Position numbers and translations under genes: made by a program | The notes under the pieces: generated by a model | What the model was told of the DNA's origin: nothing | Databases searched by the model: none | Seen by the model: the letters and a program-made list of their open reading frames with translations, nothing else | From: Alistipes sp. | Lineage (GTDB): Bacteria; Bacteroidota; Bacteroidia; Bacteroidales; Rikenellaceae | Direction: 5' to 3' | DNA length: 64,000 nucleotides | Assembly: GCA_017399485.1 (NCBI GenBank) | Contig: JAFQCA010000010.1 | Location: 47,478 to 111,477 of the forward strand | Shown here: positions 40,851 to 51,250 of the stretch, in pieces | Layout of the letters: each line of letters opens with the position of its first letter | Numbering within the stretch: position 1 is the first letter of the stretch

Positions 40851-41747
40851 CTAATTAGAATTACGCTCACTCTGCTGTTGTGTTAATATGCGCTTCAAGC
40901 AGTAAAACATCGACTCCCGCCAATGTGGAATATCAACGCCAAAAGTCTGTTTAATCTTCGACTTGTCTAAAACCGAATATGGCGGACGGGTAACCTTCGA
41001 AGGAAACTCCGACGAGTGGCAAGGATTTATCTTACACTTGGTGTGACCTACTGCTGTGGCTATCTCCTGCGCGAAGTCATACCACGAACAAACGCCCTCA
41101 TTAGAGAAATGATAAACACCTTCGTTACCTGCATAATATCCTCCCTCGATAATCGAAAATATGGTCATAGCCAAATCGCCTGCATATGTTGGAGTACCGA
41201 CCTGGTCGAAAACGACATTCAACGTCTCCTTTTCGGCTGTCAAACGAAGCATCGTCTTCAGGAAGTTATTACCAAACTCCGAGTAGAGCCACGCTGTACG
41301 GATTATGATAGCCTTTGCGCCAACCTCTGCGATAGCCTGCTCTCCGTGAAGTTTTGTTCGACCATACGCACCCAATGGATTGAGTGGCATATCCTCACTA
41401 CGAGGTGTATTACCCTCTGCTCCAAAAACATAATCAGTCGAGATGTGGAACAATGTGGCATCTACGTTCTTTGCGGCCTCTGCAAGATTTCTTACTGCCG
41501 CAGCATTAATCAACTCTGCTGTAGCCTCATCATCCTCTGCCTTATCAACATTGGTGTAGGCTGCGCAATTGACAATAACATCGACGTTCTGCTCTTCGAC
41601 AAAAGCCATCACGGCATCCTTGTTGGTTATATCCAACTCTGCCACATCTGTGAAGATATACTCATTAGGCGATACTGTTCCCAAACGACGCATCTCGTTG
41701 CCCAACTGTCCGTTTGCACCTGTTATAAGGATTCGCTTACTCTGCAT
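40851..41747 (-). CDS. rfbD: dTDP-4-dehydrorhamnose reductase
   Basis: TGANGQLG, NCAAYTNVDKAE, HISTDYVF, YGRTKL and DQVGTPT. Confidence 0.95.
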   Translation of the reverse strand: MQSKRILITGANGQLGNEMRRLGTVSPNEYIFTDVAELDITNKDAVMAFVEEQNVDVIVNCAAYTNVDKAEDDEATAELINAAAVRNLAEAAKNVDATLFHISTDYVFGAEGNTPRSEDMPLNPLGAYGRTKLHGEQAIAEVGAKAIIIRTAWLYSEFGNNFLKTMLRLTAEKETLNVVFDQVGTPTYAGDLAMTIFSIIEGGYYAGNEGVYHFSNEGVCSWYDFAQEIATAVGHTKCKINPCHSSEFPSKVTRPPYSVLDKSKIKQTFGVDIPHWRESMFYCLKRILTQQQSERNSN

Positions 41748-42312
41748 AATAGTCTACATTATAGTCAAACAAATCCGTTGCATCTTTTAACATAGGATGT
41801 GCCGCATCCTTTGCTGACAATAATACATCTTCATCGGGCAACTGCCAATCTATATTTATTTCGGGGTCATTCCACGCTATCGCACCCTCTGCGTGGGGTG
41901 CATATAAGTTATCGCACTTATACTGAAATATAACCTCCTCGCTCAATACCGAGAATCCGTGAGCAAATCCGCGAGGAATAAACAACTGACGATGGTTATC
42001 ATCGGTAAGCTCTACGGCTACGTACTTTCTAAATGTTGGTGAACCTTTTCTTATATCCACCGCAATATCGAGAACTCGGCCTTTAACTACCCTAACGAGT
42101 TTTGATTGAGCATTTTTACCTTTCTGAAAGTGAAGACCTCGAAGCACTCCATACCTCGATTTGCTCTCGTTATCCTGTACAAATCTTATAGGACGTACCA
42201 ACTCGTCAAACTTCTTCTGCGAATAACTCTCAAAGAAATAGCCACGAGAATCACCGAATACATCAGGCTCAATGATAACGACTTCATCTATTGCCGTTTT
42301 TATCACCTTCAT
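41737..42312 (-). CDS. rfbC: dTDP-4-dehydrorhamnose 3,5-epimerase
   Basis: [20 protein letters not shown] and IPRGFAHGF. Confidence 0.96.
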   Translation of the reverse strand: MKVIKTAIDEVVIIEPDVFGDSRGYFFESYSQKKFDELVRPIRFVQDNESKSRYGVLRGLHFQKGKNAQSKLVRVVKGRVLDIAVDIRKGSPTFRKYVAVELTDDNHRQLFIPRGFAHGFSVLSEEVIFQYKCDNLYAPHAEGAIAWNDPEINIDWQLPDEDVLLSAKDAAHPMLKDATDLFDYNVDYYAE

Positions 42313-43214
42313 CGAGTAGTCTCCTTTCTTTTGCGTTTATATTCATCAACCACTTTCAAGAGGTATTGCCCATATTGGTTCTTTATCATCGGCTGAGCCA
42401 ACTCGGTCATCTTTTCTTCGGAAATCCAGCCATTGCGATATGCTATTCCCTCCAAACAAGCTATCTTCAAACCCTGACGTTTCTCCATTACTTCGACAAA
42501 GATTGAAGCCTCTGCCAAAGAGTCGTGTGTACCGGTATCCAACCACGCAAAACCGCGTTCAAGAGTTTGTACCTTTAACTCACCATCTTGTAAGAATTTT
42601 TGATTAACGCTTGTAATCTCTAATTCACCGCGAGCCGAGGGCTTAATATCTCTAGCTACACTTACGACCTTGTTAGGATAGAAATACAATCCTACTACAG
42701 CATAGTTCGACTTTGGACTCTTAGGTTTTTCCTCAATTGATAAGCAGTTGCCATCAGCATCAAACTCTGCAACGCCATAGCGCTCGGGATCATCAACCCA
42801 ATAACCGAATACTGTAGCCTTCTGCTCCTCTTCGGCAGTACGGACTGCATCCCTCAAAATCTTTGACAATCCTGCGCCGTGGAATATATTATCCCCTAAT
42901 ACTAAACAAACCGAATCATCTCCAATGAACTTCTCTCCAATGATAAATGCCTGTGCCAAACCATCGGGGCTCGGTTGCTCGGCATACTCGAATTTTACTC
43001 CATAATCCGAACCGTTACCAAGCAAGCGCTTAAAACTAGGCATATCCTGAGGTGTCGATATAATCAATATCTCCCTAATACCAGCAAGCATCAACACCGA
43101 TATAGGATAATAAACCATAGGCTTATCATATATCGGCAATAATTGCTTGCTAACTCCCTTCGTAATAGGATATAAACGAGTTCCCGTCCCGCCTGCCAGA
43201 ACAATGCCTTTCAT
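42309..43214 (-). CDS. rfbA: Glucose-1-phosphate thymidylyltransferase
   Basis: [31 protein letters not shown] and WLDTGT. Confidence 0.97.
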   Translation of the reverse strand: MKGIVLAGGTGTRLYPITKGVSKQLLPIYDKPMVYYPISVLMLAGIREILIISTPQDMPSFKRLLGNGSDYGVKFEYAEQPSPDGLAQAFIIGEKFIGDDSVCLVLGDNIFHGAGLSKILRDAVRTAEEEQKATVFGYWVDDPERYGVAEFDADGNCLSIEEKPKSPKSNYAVVGLYFYPNKVVSVARDIKPSARGELEITSVNQKFLQDGELKVQTLERGFAWLDTGTHDSLAEASIFVEVMEKRQGLKIACLEGIAYRNGWISEEKMTELAQPMIKNQYGQYLLKVVDEYKRKRKETTR

Positions 43215-43217
43215 TGG

Positions 43218-44279
43218 TTATTTATCAGAATAGAATGCCTTATACCATACAGCGAACTTATGCAATCCCTCACGCAACGAGGTATGTGGTTTGAATCCAA
43301 AATCTTCTTCCAATGCCGATGTATCTGCGAATGTTACGGGCACATCGCCTGGCTGCATGGCAACTAATTCTTTATGAGCCTCGAAGTCATAATCATTTGG
43401 GAGAACTCCTGCTGCTAACAATTCCTCTTGCAGAATTTGCACGAAATCCAAGAGATTTTCAGGACTATTATTACCTATATTGTATACCTTGTATGGCGGA
43501 ATAGGCAAACCATCCTCACCCTTCTCTTTCTCTGGTGCGTGTTGCATAATACGAACAACACCCTCTACAATATCATCTACATAGGTAAAATCACGCTTGC
43601 AATTACCGTAATTGAAAATTTGTATCTTCTCTCCCTTAAGCAACTTGTTAGTAAAGCCAAAATATGCCATATCGGGACGACCGCAAGGTCCATATACTGT
43701 AAAGAAGCGCAATCCCGTACTTGGGATGTTATAGAGTTTGCTATATGCATGAGCCATCAACTCATTACTCTTCTTTGTTGCAGCATACAACGATACGGGA
43801 TTATCAACCTTATCATCTGTCGCATATGGTACTTTCTTATTACTACCATACACACTTGACGAAGACGCATAAACCAAATGCTCAACCTCATTATGACGAC
43901 AAGCCTCCAGAATATTATAGAAACCTATAAGGTTGCTTTCTATATAAGCATCTGGATTGGTAATTGAGTAGCGAACTCCTGCTTGTGCTGCAAGATTTAC
44001 AACAATATGAGGTTTATATTCTGCAAAAAGAATATCAATCGTCTCTTTGTTGGCAATATTACCTTTAATAAATACAAATCTATCTTCATAGGTTGCAAGC
44101 TCCTCCAAACGCTCATACTTGAGTCTAACATCATAATAATCGGTAATGCTGTCAATACCTACAACCTTTACGCTCTCAAAATCATTTAGTAATCGCTTTA
44201 CAAGGTTTGCACCGATAAAGCCAGCAGCACCTGTTACAAGAACTACCTTATTATTGAGATTTACATTATATGTTACCAT
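43218..44279 (-). CDS. UDP-glucuronate 4-epimerase-like SDR (LpsL/CapI type)
   Basis: TGAAGFIG, NLAAQAGVRYS, YASSSSVYG, YAATKKSNE, RFFTVYGPCGRPDMA and MQPGDV. Confidence 0.9.
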   Translation of the reverse strand: MVTYNVNLNNKVVLVTGAAGFIGANLVKRLLNDFESVKVVGIDSITDYYDVRLKYERLEELATYEDRFVFIKGNIANKETIDILFAEYKPHIVVNLAAQAGVRYSITNPDAYIESNLIGFYNILEACRHNEVEHLVYASSSSVYGSNKKVPYATDDKVDNPVSLYAATKKSNELMAHAYSKLYNIPSTGLRFFTVYGPCGRPDMAYFGFTNKLLKGEKIQIFNYGNCKRDFTYVDDIVEGVVRIMQHAPEKEKGEDGLPIPPYKVYNIGNNSPENLLDFVQILQEELLAAGVLPNDYDFEAHKELVAMQPGDVPVTFADTSALEEDFGFKPHTSLREGLHKFAVWYKAFYSDK

Positions 44280-44284
44280 AGGGC

Positions 44285-45598
44285 TTAATCTCTTTGGAAA
44301 ATATCGCGTGTATAAACTTTATCTTTTACATCGTCAAGACTCGCATCATATCGATTGGCAATAATTGCCTGCGAGCGAGACTTGAACTCTGCTAAATCAT
44401 TTACCACAAGGCTTCCGAAGAATGTTGCGCCATCTTCAAGTGTTGGCTCATAGATAATCACTTCTGCGCCTTTTGCCTTGATGCGCTTCATTACACCTTG
44501 AATTGATGATTGACGGAAGTTGTCAGAGTTTGATTTCATTGTAAGACGATATACGCCGACAATTACTTGCTGCTCTTTTGAAGCGTCATAACTGCTATTT
44601 GCTTCGTATGCACCTGCGAGTTCCAATACTCGGTCTGCAATAAAATCCTTTCTTGTGCGGTTACTCTCAACAATAGCCGTCATCATATTCTGTGGCACAT
44701 CTGCATAGTTCGCAAGTAACTGCTTTGTATCCTTTGGCAAGCAATAACCGCCATAACCAAACGATGGATTGTTGTAGTGAGTACCTATGCGTGGGTCGAG
44801 GCCTACACCTTCGATGATTGCTTGTGTATCCAAACCCTTCATCTCAGCATATGTATCAAGTTCATTAAAGTAACTTACTCGCAAAGCCAAATAAGTATTA
44901 GCAAACAACTTGACAGCCTCTGCCTCCTTCAAGCCCATAAACAGCACAGGTATATCCTCTTTCAGAGCACCTTGCTTAAGTAACTCCGCAAAGGTATGTG
45001 CTGCCTCTGCCAAATGATTACCTGCAATAGCCTTGATTGCATCATTCTCCTCTCCAAACTGCTCAATCATCTTAGGATAGCCAACGATGATGCGGCTTGG
45101 ATAGAGATTGTCGTAGAGAGCCTTGCTCTCACGCAAAAACTCCGGAGAAAACAACAGACGGAATTTGCGAGTAGTATCCCAACCCATCTCCTTGAACTTC
45201 TTAGCATACTTCACATACAGCGAGCGACAGTAACCAACCGGAATAGTACTCTTGATAATCATCGTAGCCTCGGGATTAACCTCCAAAACAAGGTCAATCA
45301 CATCTTCAATATGATGAGTATCAAAGAAATTCTTCTGTGGGTCGTAATTCGTCGGGGCTGCAATAATTACAAATTCTGCATCCTTATATGCCTCTTTGCC
45401 ATCAAGCGTTGCTCGCAGATTCAACTCTTTCTCCGCAAGATACTTCTCAATATAATCGTCTTGAATAGGCGATATACGATTATTTATTTTTTCAACCTTC
45501 TCAGGAATAACATCCACCGCCACAACCTCGTTGTGTTGGGCGAGCAATGTGGCTATTGACAAGCCGACATATCCCGTTCCTGCTACTGCAATTTTCAT
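44285..45598 (-). CDS. ugd: UDP-glucose 6-dehydrogenase (copy 2)
   Basis: Same motifs as copy 1, including [10 protein letters not shown]. Confidence 0.95.
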   Translation of the reverse strand: MKIAVAGTGYVGLSIATLLAQHNEVVAVDVIPEKVEKINNRISPIQDDYIEKYLAEKELNLRATLDGKEAYKDAEFVIIAAPTNYDPQKNFFDTHHIEDVIDLVLEVNPEATMIIKSTIPVGYCRSLYVKYAKKFKEMGWDTTRKFRLLFSPEFLRESKALYDNLYPSRIIVGYPKMIEQFGEENDAIKAIAGNHLAEAAHTFAELLKQGALKEDIPVLFMGLKEAEAVKLFANTYLALRVSYFNELDTYAEMKGLDTQAIIEGVGLDPRIGTHYNNPSFGYGGYCLPKDTKQLLANYADVPQNMMTAIVESNRTRKDFIADRVLELAGAYEANSSYDASKEQQVIVGVYRLTMKSNSDNFRQSSIQGVMKRIKAKGAEVIIYEPTLEDGATFFGSLVVNDLAEFKSRSQAIIANRYDASLDDVKDKVYTRDIFQRD

Positions 45599-45628
45599 AT
45601 AAAATATTAAGGTATAAGTATATTTTAT

Positions 45629-47560
45629 TTATCCTACTTTCTTATCAAATTTTTCGAACTGCGAGTTCTTTGAAATAAACTCCGGAACGAAATCCTTCAT
45701 CAATTTGACCATTGTTTCTATTTCAACAGCGCGAGATAAAGTTTCCAACTTATCTACCACTTGCGTAGCCTCTGTATGGTTATATTCTCTTACACGTGCC
45801 ACGCGAATTCGCTCGTGAGGTGTCGGGTCGGTATTTTCGGCATTCGAGAGAACCTCTTCATACAACTTTTCACCCGGACGTAATCCTGTATATTCAATCT
45901 GAATATCTCGGCCAAGAGTAAAGCCCGCCAACTCAATCATTCGTTTCGCAAGAGTGACAATCTTAACCGATTCACCCATATCAAATACGAAGATTTGATT
46001 ACCCTTTGACATAGTTGCAGCCTCCATCACCAAACGACACGCTTCAGGGATAGTCATAAAGAAACGGGTAATATCAGGATGTGTAACTGTCACAGGGCCA
46101 CCCTTTGAAATCTGCTCGCGGAAACGAGGAATAACCGAGCCATTAGACCCAAGCACATTTCCGAATCGAGTCGTAACGAAACGTGTTTTTCCCTTTATTA
46201 CACCCTGCTCCAAAGCCAAGCCTAAAGATTGCACATATATCTCGGCAAGTCGTTTGGTACAGCCCATAATATTAGTTGGATTCACCGCCTTATCGGTTGA
46301 AATCATAACCATTTTTTCAACATCATACTTTAGGCACATATCTGTCACATTTCTTGAGCCACAGACATTCACCAACACTGCCTCACAGGGATTCTCCTCC
46401 ATCAAAGGAACGTGCTTATATGCTGCAGCGTGGAAAACCACTTGAGGCTTATATGCCTGAAACACATAATCAAGACGAGCAGGGATACGCACATCACCAA
46501 TAACTGGCGTAAACTTCAACTTTGGGAATCTTTCCTCCAACTCCAAACGTATATTGTGCATCGGAGTCTCTGCGTTATCGAACATTATGAGGCGCTCTAC
46601 GCCAAATGTTGCAAGTTGGCGACACAACTCCGAACCAATAGAGCCTGCGGCTCCAGTAACCAAGATAGTTTTATTCTTGAAATTAGCCTCAATCTCGTTA
46701 AGTGAGATTTTTATCTCATCGCGTCCGAGCAAATCCTCAATCTTAATCTCTCTTACGACATAGCGCATCACCTTACCATCAACTACCTCATCGATAACGG
46801 GCACGATATATATTTTCACACCCAACTCTGTGCAATACGATATCAAACGTGATTGCTCATCTTGAGCATCTTTTTGACTTGAGAATAATATGGCATCTAT
46901 ATCTTTGTGATTGACCAAGTATTTCAAATCCTCAACACTCTCAAAATAATATACCGGCAAATCTGCTAATTGATGGCCCTTCATATTCATACCATAACTC
47001 AAAAATCCAACAACCTTATATCGTTCAGAATTTTGAAGTCGTTTAATTTGAGCAACCGACTTTGAACCCATACCATAAACCAAGACGTGTTTACAGTTAT
47101 CGTGGCTTCTTTGACGTTCGCGAACAACATCATAGAATATTATCATTACAACTCTGACTGCAACAAGTGCTGATATTGTAAGCAAAATATCAAAAAGCAG
47201 AGCCGTCCAAATAAAAACATTTTCTAATAAAGCAGGAGAGGTGACATTGATTATTGCAACCATAACAAAGCCTTTTCCCAATGTCGCAACTCCCAACTTC
47301 CACAATTCACGCAATGTTGAATGGCGAATAATACTTTTGTGAGTTTGCAATAACATAAAGAAGATTGCAGACGACACCAAAGAACCACCAGCCCAATATA
47401 ATATTAAACCCAAATCATACGTAAAAGAGGTAAACAATACATTGGTCAAGAATAATGCAAATAGCGATACGCCCACCGATATCAGAAGGTCTAAACCTAA
47501 TATCAATTTTGAACTTACATACTTTTCGAGATGTAACCTCGCAATAACACTTCTAAACAT
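45629..47560 (-). CDS. Membrane-anchored UDP-GlcNAc 4,6-dehydratase (PglF/CapD/WbpM-like)
   Basis: N-terminal TM helices, then TGAAGSIGSE, HAAAYKHVP, STDKAV, RFGNVLGSNGSV and GLRPGEKLYEE. Confidence 0.93.
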   Translation of the reverse strand: MFRSVIARLHLEKYVSSKLILGLDLLISVGVSLFALFLTNVLFTSFTYDLGLILYWAGGSLVSSAIFFMLLQTHKSIIRHSTLRELWKLGVATLGKGFVMVAIINVTSPALLENVFIWTALLFDILLTISALVAVRVVMIIFYDVVRERQRSHDNCKHVLVYGMGSKSVAQIKRLQNSERYKVVGFLSYGMNMKGHQLADLPVYYFESVEDLKYLVNHKDIDAILFSSQKDAQDEQSRLISYCTELGVKIYIVPVIDEVVDGKVMRYVVREIKIEDLLGRDEIKISLNEIEANFKNKTILVTGAAGSIGSELCRQLATFGVERLIMFDNAETPMHNIRLELEERFPKLKFTPVIGDVRIPARLDYVFQAYKPQVVFHAAAYKHVPLMEENPCEAVLVNVCGSRNVTDMCLKYDVEKMVMISTDKAVNPTNIMGCTKRLAEIYVQSLGLALEQGVIKGKTRFVTTRFGNVLGSNGSVIPRFREQISKGGPVTVTHPDITRFFMTIPEACRLVMEAATMSKGNQIFVFDMGESVKIVTLAKRMIELAGFTLGRDIQIEYTGLRPGEKLYEEVLSNAENTDPTPHERIRVARVREYNHTEATQVVDKLETLSRAVEIETMVKLMKDFVPEFISKNSQFEKFDKKVG

Positions 47561-47667
47561 TTTGAATTATGTTGTTTTTGATTTACTATAAATCCGCATT
47601 ACTTCACAAGAAAGTAATGGTTAAGTAATATTTATGATTTACAGAAAGAAAATAAATCGACCAATAA

Positions 47668-48219
47668 TCAATCGATTACTTGAATACATTCATCGTCAAC
47701 TTTTACGCTCACAGCCAACAAATTAGGCAGTTCTATAACGATTCTTTTTACTTTAGAGCCTCTTACCGACAACAATTTACCCTCATATCCATTCATCGGA
47801 CCGCCTACAACACGGATGCGTCTGCCCTTCATAACATCACCAATCTCCTCCACCGAGTAATATTTCGGCTCTTCTGCCGCCTGTACAGCTCCGATAAAAC
47901 GATTCATATCATCCTCTGGGACAATAATAGGCTCACAATATGCCCCACCTCGTTTATATCGATATTGCAATGTGGAGGTTTTCGCCACAATAGGGTCTAA
48001 GTTTTTACGTGTATCGTGGGCAAACAGCAAATCTGGCATAACGGGTACTTCTCGCCCAATCTGTTTCCCATTTTTCTTGGTAATACGCCATTTCATTGGA
48101 GTAAACACCTCAATTCCCAACTCTCGCAATTGCTTATATGCGGGGTAAACGGCATTCGATCTTTTGAGGTCTCGCAATGCATACCAACACTTTTCTGTAT
48201 CAATGATTTCGGTGCTCAT
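47668..48219 (-). CDS. upxY: UpxY-family transcription antiterminator (NusG paralogue)
   Basis: First gene of the locus. NGN domain (WYAL..., PDLLFAH) and KOW motif (RIRVVGGPMNGYEG). Confidence 0.92.
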   Translation of the reverse strand: MSTEIIDTEKCWYALRDLKRSNAVYPAYKQLRELGIEVFTPMKWRITKKNGKQIGREVPVMPDLLFAHDTRKNLDPIVAKTSTLQYRYKRGGAYCEPIIVPEDDMNRFIGAVQAAEEPKYYSVEEIGDVMKGRRIRVVGGPMNGYEGKLLSVRGSKVKRIVIELPNLLAVSVKVDDECIQVID

Positions 48220-48457
48220 TCTACCGATTTAGGAAGATATTTGGGCGTATTCTCTAGTCCTACCTGTTAATATATAAATAAGATTTTCAGGCAGTTACAC
48301 AGGTTGTTTATAAAAGTTTTCGACCAATTACTTGGTCTGCTCTCTCGCTCTATCACTCTGCATTTATTATTTAATCAAAAGCAAATGAGAATATAAATTC
48401 CACCGCTTTTTTCATAATTAGCATCAACGAGTTAGACAAAAAGCCTAGATTGCATTA

Positions 48458-48489
48458 CAAAATTAATACTTTTTTTATAAATAACCAAA
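48458..48489 (-). promoter_or_regulatory. Bacteroidota primary-sigma promoter for the polysaccharide operon
   Basis: On the minus strand: TTTG (48486-48489), 20 nt, then TAATTTTG (48458-48465). This matches the TTTG-N19-21-TAnnTTTG consensus. Confidence 0.7.
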
Positions 48490-48915
48490 TATTTCGAATC
48501 ATTTCACCCCCCCCTAAAAAATATTGACTATCAGCAACTTAACAAATCAGCCCAATTCTTTAACAATATATTACAAAATTAAATTTCCAAAATTTGTTTC
48601 TTACAATCCAAAATCAACGCCTTAATTAATTAGTAAATACACATATATATGTAACACATCTATAAGCCCTTAACATTTGTTTAATCTATATACACTATAT
48701 ATTACTTTCAATATGAAATATGATTCTCAGCACAGAAAAAGAGAACAAAGTTTGCCCACTACACTCATTCTCCATATAGGTTTGACCAACAAATAAAAAC
48801 TATAAAAAAATATTCCACGAGCAGAACTTATCATTTTTTTGTGTAAATTGCGGTTGTATTATACAATTTATAAAGACAAGAGAATAAAACCCAACCTTTA
48901 TTAAATAGCATATAG

Positions 48916-50196
48916 ATGAAAATTCTAATTATAGGCCCGGGAGCGGGCGACTCTTTCTACTGTGGCAACTGTTTCCGTGATTCATTGCAGGCATCGGCAC
49001 TAATCAAGGCGGGGCACGATGTAACCATACTGCCTCTATATCTGCCTATGCATCACGCCTCTGAAGGCGTCCCCATATTCTTCCCTGCCGTGTCTTATTA
49101 TATCGAGCAGGCAATGTTCCGCAAGGGCAATATACCCAAGTGGATTAGCAAACTAACTTCATCGAAGATGTTTCTCGACTTGGCAGCATCAATGTCTGGC
49201 TCAACGTCGGCCAATGGGATGGAGAATATGACTATGTCGATGATTACGGGCGGCAATGGAGCCTTCAAGCGTAATCTTGCCGATATGATAGAGTGGATAA
49301 AAAAGGATGGAGCGCCCGACATTGTTCATCTATCATCCTCGCTTCTCATCGGCATTGCAGCACCCCTGAAGAAGGAGTTAGGCGTACCCGTAGTATGCTC
49401 ATTGCAAGACGAGGAGGTATGGATAGACTCTTTGAAAGATAAATGGTCGGACATAGCGTGGGAGGCTATCATTGCCAACTCGGCTGGAGTAGATGCCTTC
49501 GTTACGACAAGCAACTACTATAAAGCCATCATTGACAAGAAGATGCCATCGTTATCGCCTGTGGTTATCTATCCGGGCATCAACATCGACAAGTATTACG
49601 ACGACACCCTACCCGACTGCCCTACCATCGGTTTCTTCTACCGCACAAACGCACTCGACGGCTTGGATACCCTCGCCGAGGCATTTGTAATATTGAAGAA
49701 ACGTGGCACGATACCCAATCTCAAACTACGTATCGGTGGAGGCAATACCGACTCGGATAAGAAGTTTTTATCGCACGTAAACGACATACTGCGCCCCTAC
49801 ATTGACGATGTAACATTTGAGGAGGATTACTCACCCGCCTTGCATCATAAATTCTATCGTGAGGTATCACTCATCAGCGTCCCCTTACGTTTTGACGAGG
49901 GCGTAGGAATATATATCTGCGAGGCTTACGCCACCTCTCGCCCCGTAGTAGAACCTCGACGAGGCTCTTTCCCTGAAATCGTAGGCGATGCGGGTGTGCT
50001 ATATGATGATGAGAGTGCCACGGGTTTGGCTAATGCATTAGAGCAGGTGCTATCCGACCAGATGCTATACGACAGCCTACGCGAAAAGGCCAAGATAATG
50101 GCTCAAGAACGATATTCGGACAAACTCTACACCAAAGCACTGATAGAGTTATACTCAAACATCATAGCGCAAGCAGCATCCCACAAGAGGGATTGA
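48916..50196 (+). CDS. GT4 glycosyltransferase with an N-terminal CGNC motif, divergent from upxY
   Basis: GPGAGDSFYCGNCFRD, VIYPGIN, IGFFYR, EAYATSRPVVEPRRGSFPEIVG. Confidence 0.85.
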   Translation: MKILIIGPGAGDSFYCGNCFRDSLQASALIKAGHDVTILPLYLPMHHASEGVPIFFPAVSYYIEQAMFRKGNIPKWISKLTSSKMFLDLAASMSGSTSANGMENMTMSMITGGNGAFKRNLADMIEWIKKDGAPDIVHLSSSLLIGIAAPLKKELGVPVVCSLQDEEVWIDSLKDKWSDIAWEAIIANSAGVDAFVTTSNYYKAIIDKKMPSLSPVVIYPGINIDKYYDDTLPDCPTIGFFYRTNALDGLDTLAEAFVILKKRGTIPNLKLRIGGGNTDSDKKFLSHVNDILRPYIDDVTFEEDYSPALHHKFYREVSLISVPLRFDEGVGIYICEAYATSRPVVEPRRGSFPEIVGDAGVLYDDESATGLANALEQVLSDQMLYDSLREKAKIMAQERYSDKLYTKALIELYSNIIAQAASHKRD

Positions 50197-50416
50197 CTTC
50201 GCTTTACTCGTATTTCCATTGGAATACTCGGAAGAGCAAAGCATAATAGCGCAAAATCAGGATTGACTTCGCTCTGTTCTGCTACCGCATTACTCCGCTC
50301 GTCTTTCCCTTGGAGTCCTCGGATATAAACAACCATCATTGCAAGTTCTGCAAAGCAGAATATCTTTCGCAATATAAGCAGTTGAAAGCGTGCAAGCACT
50401 CACAACTGCTTATATT
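50190..50416. repeat. Structured intergenic repeat region
   Basis: 14-bp direct repeat ggattgacttcgct at 50190 and 50260, and a perfect 14-bp inverted repeat aatataagcagttg (50371-50384) / caactgcttatatt (50403-50416). Confidence 0.65.
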
Positions 50417-50444
50417 ACAAAAGCCACCCCTTTCGGAGTGGCTT
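50417..50444 (-). terminator. Intrinsic terminator downstream of tRNA-Arg
   Basis: Minus strand GCCACTCC-GAAA-GGGGTGGC followed by TTTTGT. Confidence 0.75.
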
Positions 50445-50471
50445 GCCAATGATACTTATTTGCATCGCTCG

Positions 50472-50545
50472 TGATTCCGGCGGGATTCGAACCCACGACC
50501 CACAGCTTAGAAGGCTGTTGCTCTATCCAACTGAGCTACGGAACC
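50472..50545 (-). tRNA. tRNA-Arg (anticodon TCT)
   Basis: GGTTCCGTAGCTCAGTTGGATAGAGCAACAGCCTTCTAAGCTGTGGGTCGTGGGTTCGAATCCCGCCGGAATCA folds into a cloverleaf with anticodon loop CT-TCT-AA. CCA is not encoded. Confidence 0.96.
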
Positions 50546-50647
50546 AGCCGACATTTGACCTTATGAATCAAATTGCGGTGCAAAAATAACGCATTTATTT
50601 CTTTTATCCAATTTTTATCGAGATAAAAGCCATACTTACTGCTATAC

Positions 50648-51250
50648 TTATTTGTGGCGCAACGACAATTCTCGCTCCAAATCCTCTATCGAGCAACCCA
50701 TCTGCTCCATCAGTACAAGCAGATGATAAATCATATCCGAAGCCTCATAAACGAACCTGTCGCGGTTACCATCGACAGCCTCAACAACGCTCTCTACGGC
50801 CTCCTCGCCCACTTTTTGTGCGATTTTTTTCACTCCCTTAATAAAAAGTTTCGTTGTATAAGAGCCTTCCGGCATATCGCGATGACGTTGCTGCACAACG
50901 GCTTGCAAGTGGCGAATAAAGCCCTCCTCTTCGGGTGTATCGAAGCAACTTGTAGTACCTCGGTGGCAGGTTGGCCCTGCGGGTATAGCCTTAACAAGCA
51001 GAGTATCTTTATCGCAATCGACATACACATCTTTAACCGTCAAGAAATTGCCGCTCGTCTCTCCCTTTGTCCACAAACAACCTCTTGAACGAGAATAGAA
51101 TGTCACACGCCCCTCGGCAATGGTCTTATCGTATGCCTCACGATTCATATACCCTACCATCAACACCTTGAGCGTAACAGCATCCTGAACCACTACGGGC
51201 AGCAAACCATCAGCACACTTCTCAAGATTTAATTCATCGAAAGTCAACAT
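50648..51250 (-). CDS. hisIE: Bifunctional phosphoribosyl-AMP cyclohydrolase / phosphoribosyl-ATP pyrophosphatase
   Basis: [24 protein letters not shown] and KVGEEAVE. Confidence 0.96.
   Translation of the reverse strand: MLTFDELNLEKCADGLLPVVVQDAVTLKVLMVGYMNREAYDKTIAEGRVTFYSRSRGCLWTKGETSGNFLTVKDVYVDCDKDTLLVKAIPAGPTCHRGTTSCFDTPEEEGFIRHLQAVVQQRHRDMPEGSYTTKLFIKGVKKIAQKVGEEAVESVVEAVDGNRDRFVYEASDMIYHLLVLMEQMGCSIEDLERELSLRHK

Noticed and set aside
47616-47638. Hairpin CATTACTT...AAGTAATG between upxY and the pglF-like gene as a terminator
   Set aside because: AU-rich stem without an adjacent U-tract on the coding strand; insufficient support.
48400-48412. RfaH ops-like GCGGTGG in the upxY leader
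   Set aside because: Only a partial match to GGCGGTAG in a different phylum; too short to support.
48220-48915. Invertible (Mpi-type) capsule promoter
   Set aside because: I found no convincing inverted repeats flanking the promoter and there is no recombinase in the window. A computed IR search could overturn this.
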